A DNA stretch of 24,000 nt, taken from the sequence record MK504444.1; one strand, written 5' to 3'. A model generated the notes under the pieces. That model was given only the letters and a program-made list of their open reading frames with translations, was not told the DNA's origin and did not search any database. This stretch comes from Lactobacillus phage 3-521. The position numbers and the translations under genes are program-made. Of this stretch, positions 7,590-15,537 are shown one piece after another; within the stretch, counting starts at the first letter, position 1, and each line of letters starts with the position of its first letter.

Positions 7590-9362
7590 TTACATAATAT
7601 CAAATTTCTCGTCTACATAAATTTTATGACGGGATTTAGCCTGATTATATAAGAATTTACTAGTTTTGTCAACAATATCATAGACAAAAACATCTTTTTT
7701 GTCCTTACCTAACCGAAGAATACGTCCAATTCGTTGTAACAGTTGAATAGGTGAGGAGCCTGCTGAAGCATATATCAAAAATTGCAAGTTAGGAGTATCT
7801 AGTCCTTCATCAATAATCTTAGTTGCTAATAATACCCTTAAAGTACCATCTTTAGTAGCATCTAACGTTTTTTGACGTGTTTCTGTATCATCGCTACCCT
7901 TGAGAAAAGTATAAGGTACCTCTAGTTCTTCTAACATATCACCAATATGCTCCCCATGTTCAATTGAATTAACAACTATTAGGCAAGCACCTTTATTTAG
8001 GTTATAGCACATTTTAGCTAGTTCAGCAATCTTACGATTACGATAGTCATTTTCAATAACACCATACTTGTACTCTAGTTGATACTGTCTTAGTGGCGTT
8101 GCTTTTCCTTGACTTAGTTCCGGTTGAACTAATTTATCTAAGTCTTTAGGCTCACTAATAGATAGCTCCTTGATATGAGGAGTAGCACTTACCCCTTCTT
8201 CAATCATGAGATAATTACGAATCTTAGTGATAGGTACCCCTAAGTATGCTTTAATCATATGGTACCTAGTTACTTGTTCAGGACGAATGGAACCACTTAA
8301 TCCAATCATCATTTGAGAATTATCCAGGTGTCTAAATATAGACTGGTACCCATCAGAAGCTGCCCTATGACACTCATCAACGATGGTTATCGTAACAGTT
8401 TTTAGGTAATCTCTAGCAAAATAGTATTGGTCATACTTCTTTTTACCATGTTTGTACAAAGCTTTATGATAATCCTTATCAAATTGATTAAGATACGCCT
8501 GCATACTAAGGTCGCTATTGCACTCTTTAGCAAACCGACATATCATTTTAATCTGGTCATGTTCATACTTGTGCTTTGGAATATAGTGAGAAAAGTAATT
8601 TAAAACTGCTTGCCTTGTGTTAGGTACATTCTTAAACAAAGGAGTATAGTTAGTTGCTATCTGCTTATTCTCAATATCCTGTTTACTTTTTAGCTTTATT
8701 CCAACAGAAGGGTCCTTTAATCGGTTAGCAAGGGTTTTAGCCATGACACAGGTTATTTTCTTGATATCTACATGGTCTCCCTGCCAGGTACCTACTTCTT
8801 CCCCAGTAACGTCTTCAAAAGCTTTCTTTGCCTGATTCATAACATTAGCTGAAGGAGCAATAAAAAGGAATTTACCATCTGAGCTGGCATACTTAAGTAT
8901 CAAGGCAGCCATTAAAGTCTTACCTGAATTAGTAGCACTATCAATTAGCCCTCGTTGCTGGTCAAACGCTGCCCTAACAGCCTTAACCTGGTCTTCTCTA
9001 GGAGTAATAGTCTTAGTACCAATGGTTACCTCTTGAACGTCAGGAATAGCCTCGTAGGGTTCAATAATAGGTACCTGTCGATGGTCTTCAATGCGTAAAG
9101 ATATCTCATGATTCCTTTGATAGCTTTTTAAAGCAGTTATAGCTAAATCATACAATCCATTAGGAAATAAATGTTCCTTAAAATTGTACATTTTAGTGTA
9201 TCCATCCCAAGTATGGTGTATTCTAAATGCTGCTGCATTGTACCTATTAGGGTCTAACACATCAATACCTTTGTGAATAACAGATTCCAAATTTTTTGCT
9301 TCAAGTTCATCTTCGTTATCAAACTCTACCCTAGTTACATTAGTATATACTTTAAGTATCAT
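7590..9362 (-). CDS. SF2 DNA/RNA helicase, UvsW/DEAD-like
   Basis: ITPREDQVKAVRAAF, ATNSGKTLMAALI (Walker A), VDECHRAASDG (DECH box), GLSGS, LATKIIDEGLDTPNLQ, LLQRIGRILR. Confidence 0.93.
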   Translation of the reverse strand: MILKVYTNVTRVEFDNEDELEAKNLESVIHKGIDVLDPNRYNAAAFRIHHTWDGYTKMYNFKEHLFPNGLYDLAITALKSYQRNHEISLRIEDHRQVPIIEPYEAIPDVQEVTIGTKTITPREDQVKAVRAAFDQQRGLIDSATNSGKTLMAALILKYASSDGKFLFIAPSANVMNQAKKAFEDVTGEEVGTWQGDHVDIKKITCVMAKTLANRLKDPSVGIKLKSKQDIENKQIATNYTPLFKNVPNTRQAVLNYFSHYIPKHKYEHDQIKMICRFAKECNSDLSMQAYLNQFDKDYHKALYKHGKKKYDQYYFARDYLKTVTITIVDECHRAASDGYQSIFRHLDNSQMMIGLSGSIRPEQVTRYHMIKAYLGVPITKIRNYLMIEEGVSATPHIKELSISEPKDLDKLVQPELSQGKATPLRQYQLEYKYGVIENDYRNRKIAELAKMCYNLNKGACLIVVNSIEHGEHIGDMLEELEVPYTFLKGSDDTETRQKTLDATKDGTLRVLLATKIIDEGLDTPNLQFLIYASAGSSPIQLLQRIGRILRLGKDKKDVFVYDIVDKTSKFLYNQAKSRHKIYVDEKFDIM

Positions 9363-9718
9363 TAATAAGTCAACCCCAAACTAACTCTAATAGCCTGCTC
9401 AATTTTCTGCATGTTGCTATAATTAACATGTCCCACCTTACTGGTAATTGAACTAATTGGAATGGTAGTTAATGCTTCACACAAAGCAATGTTATTAACA
9501 TCTTCTCTATCTGCATAATGAATAACAAATTTACTGTGAGTTGGCATGTCCTTTTTGTTTTCTGAGGTTAAAGGTACCACAATAGTATTAGGGGAAAATT
9601 TATTTCCAGTATTATTTTGTACAACCACTACTGGGCGGTAACCACTCTGTACATGACTGTTGCCTTCACCTGGTAAGTAACATTTAACAATATCTCCACG
9701 TTTAATTTCTAAGCTCAT
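9362..9718 (-). CDS. MazF/PemK-family endoribonuclease-like protein
   Basis: IKRGDIVKCYLPGEG...QSGYRPVVVVQNNTGNKFSPNTIVVPLTS...CEALTTIPISSITSKVGHV is a typical MazF/PemK core. Confidence 0.9.
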   Translation of the reverse strand: MSLEIKRGDIVKCYLPGEGNSHVQSGYRPVVVVQNNTGNKFSPNTIVVPLTSENKKDMPTHSKFVIHYADREDVNNIALCEALTTIPISSITSKVGHVNYSNMQKIEQAIRVSLGLTY

Positions 9719-9753
9719 TTATGTACCCTCTGCTTTCTTAATTTTGTATCACT

Positions 9754-9782
9754 AGTATAACACATATTCTCATATATGTAAA
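9754..9782 (-). promoter_or_regulatory. Putative promoter for mazF-like/helicase operon
   Basis: Minus strand TTTACA-N17-TATACT, positioned between hairpin 9783-9813 and the CDS. Confidence 0.6.
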
Positions 9783-9813
9783 TAGTCAGGTACAATTATT
9801 GTACCTGACTATT
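9783..9813. terminator. Strong inverted repeat, probable terminator
   Basis: ATAGTCAGGTACAA-TTA-TTGTACCTGACTAT, 14 bp perfect stem between two operons. The T tract is weak. Confidence 0.7.
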
Positions 9814-9818
9814 ATTGA

Positions 9819-10313
9819 CTAATCTGTTACATGGGAGTACTTATGGTTCTTAAGATAATCTTTATCTAAATACCTAACATTAACGAGGTACTTTAAGTTG
9901 GTAACCCCATCTTTTTCAGTAGGCATACCATAGTTCCATAAAATTACCATGTACGTGTAAGGGTACTTAAGGTCTGGCCGGCGTTGAGGATTGGTACCAT
10001 CTTCCATATCAATACCATCTTCAATAACACTTCTTCCCATTCCTAAGACATTTTCTAGTAACAAGTTAAGCTCATGGGTACCTTCTGCATAGCCTACTAG
10101 TCTAATTGCTCGGTTATGGGTCTGTCCCCACTTATTAGGAGATTCTCCTAATTGAATAGTTCCTTCATGGGTTGGGGTAAAAATGTACCGTTCATTATCC
10201 TTAATTTGTTCCTCACTCCAATTGCTTTGAGTACCCACAAGTACCCCGTTAGACATTGGAGCTAAATCTAAGCTAATCTCATAAATATCTCGACTAGGCT
10301 TCACTGGTACCAT
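9819..10313 (-). CDS. Hypothetical protein
   Basis: 164 aa ORF co-oriented with the upstream gene. Confidence 0.75.
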   Translation of the reverse strand: MVPVKPSRDIYEISLDLAPMSNGVLVGTQSNWSEEQIKDNERYIFTPTHEGTIQLGESPNKWGQTHNRAIRLVGYAEGTHELNLLLENVLGMGRSVIEDGIDMEDGTNPQRRPDLKYPYTYMVILWNYGMPTEKDGVTNLKYLVNVRYLDKDYLKNHKYSHVTD

Positions 10314-10998
10314 CCCCTGTTGGTTCAGTTACTGGAGATGTTTCTCCTTCTACTTCAGCTGGTTCAGGTGTATTTGTATCTGTTGCAGCTGGTACGTCCG
10401 GTGCGTCCGGTGCTTCCTTAGGGGTATCTAAAGCATCAACACGTTTCTTTAAGCTAGATACTTCTGTGCCAAATCCAGTATCCATTTTTTGTACCAAATC
10501 AGACAGATTGTTTACCTTGTCTGTAAGCCCCTTTAGTACTTCACTATTCTTCTTAGCTACATCCTTGCCACCATCAAAGTCAGTTACCTTTGTATAAGCA
10601 AAGTCAATACTAATTGTTAACTCGTCATCATACAAGGAAGAAACATTGTACCGGTCAATTGTTACATTTTCAGTTGAAAACAGCATACCTGAATGTACAA
10701 TGTCACCAACCATAGCAATAAAGTCCGGTTGAGTAATTCCCCGAGCTTCTACAAAGGTACGAATCCTTGTAGGGTCAATAGTTACTTGAATTGACGAGGC
10801 AATGGAGGATTCTCCCTTATCTAATACAGTACCACTAGAATTGCTAGTACTAATTGATACATTGTGTACTAAGTACAATTCATTCCTAATCAAGGTACCC
10901 AATTCATAAACAATTGTTGAGTTATAGGGGGTATCCAGAATTTGGGACCCTCTTGCAATTTCTTCTAAGGACTTACCAATGACTTTTTCCATAACCAT
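10294..10998 (-). CDS. Hypothetical protein with coiled-coil and Pro/Glu-rich C-terminus
   Basis: 234 aa ORF, RBS GGAGATAG upstream, C-terminal low-complexity APDAPDVPAATDTNTPEPAEVEG. Confidence 0.8.
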   Translation of the reverse strand: MVMEKVIGKSLEEIARGSQILDTPYNSTIVYELGTLIRNELYLVHNVSISTSNSSGTVLDKGESSIASSIQVTIDPTRIRTFVEARGITQPDFIAMVGDIVHSGMLFSTENVTIDRYNVSSLYDDELTISIDFAYTKVTDFDGGKDVAKKNSEVLKGLTDKVNNLSDLVQKMDTGFGTEVSSLKKRVDALDTPKEAPDAPDVPAATDTNTPEPAEVEGETSPVTEPTGDGTSEA

Positions 10999-11050
10999 AC
11001 TTTTTTCTATCTCCTTTAGTTCTATTATTTATCCATATATTATATACGGG

Positions 11051-12013
11051 GTGATTAAGATTAAACAGTACTACAAGATTAATCGAGATGGGTTAATCAT
11101 ACAATGTGATTCAAATAACTACGATTGGGTAGAGGTAATAACACCTTCAAAGGATGAACTAGACTCTCTATCTGAGGCTTCAGGAATAGACTCAGACTCT
11201 CTTAAACTAACTTTAGACAGTCAGGATAGCAATCGAATAGAGGGATTAACTAATGATGATTCACCTTTAAGGATAATTTTACAATATCCAGAAAGAATCC
11301 CATCAGTTTTGGGAGACTTCAAGGAATATGATACTTTCCCTTTGATAATCTGTTTAACAAGTGCTCATAAACTAATAACAGTTTCTAATGGGGAACCTTC
11401 ATTTGTAAAGGACATTATCAACAACAGTAGCAGTATCAAGGAGTCTACAACAAATAAAAAAGATATTGTGCTTCTAATGATTTACTATCTTTCCAATAAT
11501 TATAATAACATACTTTCTAGTCTAAAGCAAGAATCCATAGAACTAAAAGGCTCACTTAAAGATAGTATGGATAATGATGTAAGATACCATATAATGTCAA
11601 TTCAGAGTACATTAGCCTCTTTTGATACTTCTTTGGATAAAAACTATGATATCTGTAAACAAATAGTTGAAGATGAAAGCTACTTTGAGAGTAAAGAGTA
11701 TACCCGGCTTGCAAGAAAAGCAAGCATTGAACTAGATGAATCTAAAAGCTTGCTTCAATACTTAAAAACCTCTTTAGACCATTATGAGAGTTTGATAGAT
11801 GGTATCCTAAATAGTAACAGCACTAATAACATGCGTACCTTCACAATATTAAATATCATTGCCAGCTTTGTGACACTATTTACTGGGTACTTTGGAGTTA
11901 ACTTTGCTATTCCAGGACAAAATTATAAGTATGCTTTTTATGTATTCACTTCAATACTAATACTAATTGCAATAGCACTATACAAGTGGCTAAGTCATCA
12001 TTTGGAGGGGTAA
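11051..12013 (+). CDS. CorA-like divalent cation transporter family protein with GVN motif
   Basis: C-terminal RTFTILNIIASFVTLFTGYFGVNFAIPGQNYKYAFYVFTSILILIAIALYKWL, two TM helices as in CorA. The tracked start 10979 is doubtful; GTG 11051 is more plausible. Confidence 0.75.
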   Translation: MIKIKQYYKINRDGLIIQCDSNNYDWVEVITPSKDELDSLSEASGIDSDSLKLTLDSQDSNRIEGLTNDDSPLRIILQYPERIPSVLGDFKEYDTFPLIICLTSAHKLITVSNGEPSFVKDIINNSSSIKESTTNKKDIVLLMIYYLSNNYNNILSSLKQESIELKGSLKDSMDNDVRYHIMSIQSTLASFDTSLDKNYDICKQIVEDESYFESKEYTRLARKASIELDESKSLLQYLKTSLDHYESLIDGILNSNSTNNMRTFTILNIIASFVTLFTGYFGVNFAIPGQNYKYAFYVFTSILILIAIALYKWLSHHLEG

Positions 12014-12020
12014 GCTATCT

Positions 12021-12539
12021 ATGTTTAAAGTTACTTACAGGGAAACAACAAATCTTAACAGAAAAGTCAATCGACTTAAACAGGACAACATTAAGGAGTA
12101 TAAGCATGAACTTGCAGTCTATCTACGTAACTTTGTGGTATTATCTCTTAAGTGTCTATCTACAAATAGTTGTACTAATTACTCGATAGAGTTAAACAAT
12201 CCATCTAACCCAGTTGAAAGCCAATTAGTACAGCTAATTAGTCAACCACCTAAACTGGGAGACTTAAGCTTACCTAGATTTCTAGGACAAGTTGATTCTG
12301 AAACTGGTAAAGTTTATGATATAATTGATTTACCAAAAGGGTACCTATATGTAAGCTTACCTGAAAATAATAAGATGAATATTCAGTATCACATTGATAA
12401 GCCTAATCATGCTAATCCGTACCTTGATGTCAACAAGAGTTTTAAGACAGAGTTACCTGCCTTGTTACGAGAAAATGGAGTTGTTATGTCTGGGGTATAC
12501 TCACTAAGTCGAATCATAAGCTTAATTAAGATGCTATGA
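12021..12539 (+). CDS. Hypothetical protein
   Basis: 172 aa ORF immediately downstream of the CorA-like gene and before a terminator. Confidence 0.75.
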   Translation: MFKVTYRETTNLNRKVNRLKQDNIKEYKHELAVYLRNFVVLSLKCLSTNSCTNYSIELNNPSNPVESQLVQLISQPPKLGDLSLPRFLGQVDSETGKVYDIIDLPKGYLYVSLPENNKMNIQYHIDKPNHANPYLDVNKSFKTELPALLRENGVVMSGVYSLSRIISLIKML

Positions 12540-12559
12540 AGTACCAAATTAGATACAAT

Positions 12560-12590
12560 AAAAAAGCTCTATATTTTGTATAGGGCTTTT
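12560..12590. terminator. Bidirectional intrinsic terminator
   Basis: AAAAAGCTCTATA-TTTTG-TATAGGGCTTTTT, 13 bp stem with one G-U pair. Can serve both converging transcripts. Confidence 0.88.
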
Positions 12591-12599
12591 TACATATGC

Positions 12600-13425
12600 T
12601 ATGCCTCATATGTAGCGCTGGGTACCCTTATTTATACTCTAATTTGGTACCCCTAAGAGTTACATACCATACGTCTATAGTACAGCGACCGCAAGTATAT
12701 TAAGTCTTTGTACAGAAGAATTAATATAACTATTGTGCAATTAGCGGTACCTCATATGTCGTTAGTACCTAACAGTCAGGTTATTTCTCTCCTGAAACTT
12801 CCCTGGTTTGTACTAAAAGCCTATGTGGCTCTATGGCTACTACGGCTTATTTTTCGCCACAACATAACATAATCTATGTATCATTGGCCCAGCTTTCACT
12901 GTGCTTCACTTATCTCAACCAACTTATTCAGTCATGTACCCAGTGGGTCTGAGCTACTAGTAGCGAACTGGTAACTTCCCACTGCTTTTAATGTACAATC
13001 CGGTTCGATGACCGATACATTAGACCTATAGCGTTCAGAATTTGTAGTATTTTCAAATATACCTGTATTCTGTGCAATTAAGCCCATCTGACCACTTTCC
13101 ATCAACTTACATAACATTTCTGTTACTTAGCACATATTCCCTTATTGGAATTACCTACCTAACAAGCTCTTTTCCACCAAACTTGGTTTGCAGGCTGGAC
13201 CCTTCCTAGAAGGTAGCTATTATGGGAATGGACGAAAAGTGTACCTTAGTTGAAAAGATGCTCCACAACACTCTTATGCTAACTAGTCCTTAACTAGTAC
13301 CCCAACCGTGCCGGGATTTTACCTGCTAAAACTATCGTTTGTCACAGGTATTCAAGACTTATCTACCAAGTGTTACATGCAGGGTGCTTACCCCTTCTTC
13401 ACATGCTTGACCAATGTTTATTATA
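12600..13425 (-). ncRNA. Candidate large structured phage non-coding RNA (GOLLD/ROOL-like class, unverified)
   Basis: ~0.8 kb with no credible CDS but many perfect or nested hairpins, including 7 bp pairings 12941-12947/12978-12984 and 12989-12995/13016-13022 and TAACA-GAAA-TGTTA (GNRA loop on minus strand). Flanked by an upstream promoter and downstream terminator in the same orientation. Confidence 0.6.
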
Positions 13426-13431
13426 CTACTT

Positions 13432-13743
13432 TTAAACTTCTAATTCCAGTTTTTTGTCTTGAGCTTCTTCTAGGGTATCATAACTTGCAACCCCTGTTTC
13501 AAATTCAACAACAGGATGTTCCTTCTTAGTTACATAAGTCATAATAGGCACCATAACAGTACTAGTTTCTCCACTAGGGTTATGTACCTTTACTGGATAA
13601 CTATGACCGCTAGAAACTTTAGGAAGATTCATTTTTGGTACATCAATTTCATTATCCTTTCCCAAGTAAACAACTTGGTACTTAGTTCCATCAAAAGTTT
13701 TGCGTTTTTCAATACCGTATTGCTTGTTCTTACGTGATTTCAT
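13432..13743 (-). CDS. Small hypothetical protein
   Basis: ORF of ~103 aa. ATG at 13743 is preferred because the promoter -10 (13770-13775) lies too close to the tracked ATG at 13764. Confidence 0.65.
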   Translation of the reverse strand: MKSRKNKQYGIEKRKTFDGTKYQVVYLGKDNEIDVPKMNLPKVSSGHSYPVKVHNPSGETSTVMVPIMTYVTKKEHPVVEFETGVASYDTLEEAQDKKLELEV

Positions 13744-13769
13744 ATCTAATCGCCAACCTTTCATGAATT

Positions 13770-13798
13770 AGTATAACACTTTAAATTTAACTTGTCAA
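13770..13798 (-). promoter_or_regulatory. Near-consensus promoter
   Basis: Minus strand TTGACA-N17-TATACT (TTGACAAGTTAAATTTAAAGTGTTATACT). Confidence 0.8.
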
Positions 13799-13808
13799 GC
13801 TTTTTATG

Positions 13809-13851
13809 TACTTCCACTGGAAGGAATTGGAGTAGACAGGACCAGTGGAAG
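13809..13851. repeat. Inverted repeat
   Basis: ACTTCCACTGG ... CCAGTGGAAGT, 11 bp perfect arms with 21 nt spacer. Confidence 0.85.
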
Positions 13852-13951
13852 TTGATGTGTTTTTTAGGAGAGAAATACATTGAATAATGAGCTATCTCTA
13901 ACTCATGTACCTAGGATACCACATCTTTTTTATCAAATCAATATATCTTAG

Positions 13952-14545
13952 TTACTTAGTTTCAGACCAGGCATTTAGTCCTTGCTTGCTGTACAATTCA
14001 GCAGCATTGTTAACTTGAGTACGCCAGTCATTACTTGTTTCACCTAACCGTTGAAATAACCCATGAGCTGAGCTGGACGAATTTTGAGCAGAAGGGTTAC
14101 CATTTGATTCCCGTTGAATAATATGTGACCATTCTGAAGCACTAACACCCGTTTTTTGTGCCATCAATTGTGCTGCCTGTTCTGCAACACTACCAGAAGT
14201 AGTTGCAGAGGTGTACCCTGTGCTTGGCTTATTTTGGACTTCTGAGGTACTTGCAGCCGTTTCCGTGTTAGTTACACCTGAGTACCCACTGGAAGCCGTT
14301 GAGGTACTGTTTTTTTGCAATGAAGTACCAACCTGTAGCTTTTCTCCTACCTGAATGAAATCAGGGTTAGCTAATTGATTAACTGAGACGATGTGATTGA
14401 TAGTATCTCCATGTTCTTGTGCAATCTTGCTTACTGTATCTCCTGAAGCTACCGTAACAGTATCTGCATTAGCTTGGGTACCTAAAATAAACATCCCTGT
14501 AACAACTGAAGCACTTACCAAAATAGTCTTTACTGTATTTTTCAT
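13952..14545 (-). CDS. Secreted LysM-domain protein with transglycosylase/Apf-like C-terminal domain
   Basis: Signal peptide MKNTVKTILVSASVVTGMFILGTQANA, LysM VASGDTVSKIAQEHGDTINHIVSVNQL...IQVGEKLQV, C-terminal WSHIIQRESNGNPSAQNSSSSAHGLFQ. Confidence 0.9.
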   Translation of the reverse strand: MKNTVKTILVSASVVTGMFILGTQANADTVTVASGDTVSKIAQEHGDTINHIVSVNQLANPDFIQVGEKLQVGTSLQKNSTSTASSGYSGVTNTETAASTSEVQNKPSTGYTSATTSGSVAEQAAQLMAQKTGVSASEWSHIIQRESNGNPSAQNSSSSAHGLFQRLGETSNDWRTQVNNAAELYSKQGLNAWSETK

Positions 14546-14784
14546 TTTTATATTAAATTCCTTTCAAATCAAAACGTTTTATGTTCAATACCTAATACAA
14601 CTAGAATAACACTAGTAAGTTACAGGAGTATTATACAAGTATTACAATCATGTAATATTACTTAATATCTATAGTAAAACGTTTTACTTACCATAACCTG
14701 TACCTTTACTAATACTTCTGTTGAACAAACTTGGTAAGGACCTTGAGACTAGGTAGGTACTATCAGGTATCTTAGGTACCTTAC

Positions 14785-14855
14785 TAGGTACTATTGGGTA
14801 CTATTGGGTACTATTGGGTACCACTAGGTACTATTGGGTACCACTAGGTACTACT
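14785..14855. repeat. Short tandem repeats, 10 bp unit GGTACTATTG and variants
   Basis: Consecutive ggtactattg / ggtactattg / ggtactattg / ggtaccacta units. Confidence 0.9.
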
Positions 14856-15046
14856 GAAATAGCCTTGAACTAACTTGTACGGTTGCCCCTGGGGTCCTAA
14901 TTAGTTTTCAATTACCTACTTAGGCTTTTGACCTTTAGGGAACGATTCTCAGTTCCCAAGTATTTAATTGGTACTTTATATAGTACAAAGGGTACAAAGG
15001 GTACCATAGTCATGTACATGTCCCTGTACCCTTACTTGGAGCTTTT

Positions 15047-15537
15047 TTAAATAAGACACTTTTAGGGTACAAAACTGGTATAAACGTTGATATAACAGTA
15101 TTTTAAATAAGACATGTGAAGTACATAACTTGAGTAAAACACGAACATTAATTAGTACTAGTATGATTACAATGTACATGAAAATATATTAATACTATTA
15201 GTTATTATTATAATTTAATTACTTTTGGTAAGCAAATTTGATAATTTCTGTCCTTAGATACCCTTTATGTTTAAATAGGACATTTTTAGGGTATAAAAGT
15301 GCAACAAACGTTGATATTACGGTATTTTAAATAAGACATTTTACAGTAAAATCAGGAAGACCTCTGCTGCCTAATTCAAAAAGAAGTTAAATAGGACATT
15401 TTTAGGGTACAAAACTGGTATAAACGTTGATACACCAGTATTTTAAATAAGACATTTTCAGTACCTTAGAGGTTACTTAAGGTAACTAAAAAAGCCTGAA
15501 ATTAACGAGTATTTTCAGACTTAAATAGGACATTTTC
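15047..15537. repeat. Seven TTAAATARGACAYTTT-like boxes in exact 56 bp pairs
   Basis: Boxes start at 15047/15103, 15271/15327, 15387/15443 and a single at 15521. The paired interval carries GGGTAYAAAA...TAAACGTTGATA or a close variant. Confidence 0.9.

Noticed and set aside
12932-13529. Tracked ORFs 12932..13117 (-) and 13308..13529 (+)
   Set aside because: Short, composition unlike proteins of this phage, and located in the dense stem-loop region, so better explained as non-coding RNA.
14785-14855. Possible CRISPR array
   Set aside because: The units are ~10 bp contiguous tandem repeats without spacers and there are no cas genes.
14976-15179. Tracked ORF 14976..15179 (-)
   Set aside because: It crosses the repeat/iteron region and its translation is repeat-derived low-complexity sequence.
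15047-15537. Possible CRISPR-like array of the 56-bp-spaced boxes
   Set aside because: Inter-box sequences are similar to each other rather than unique spacers, and pair-to-pair distances vary.
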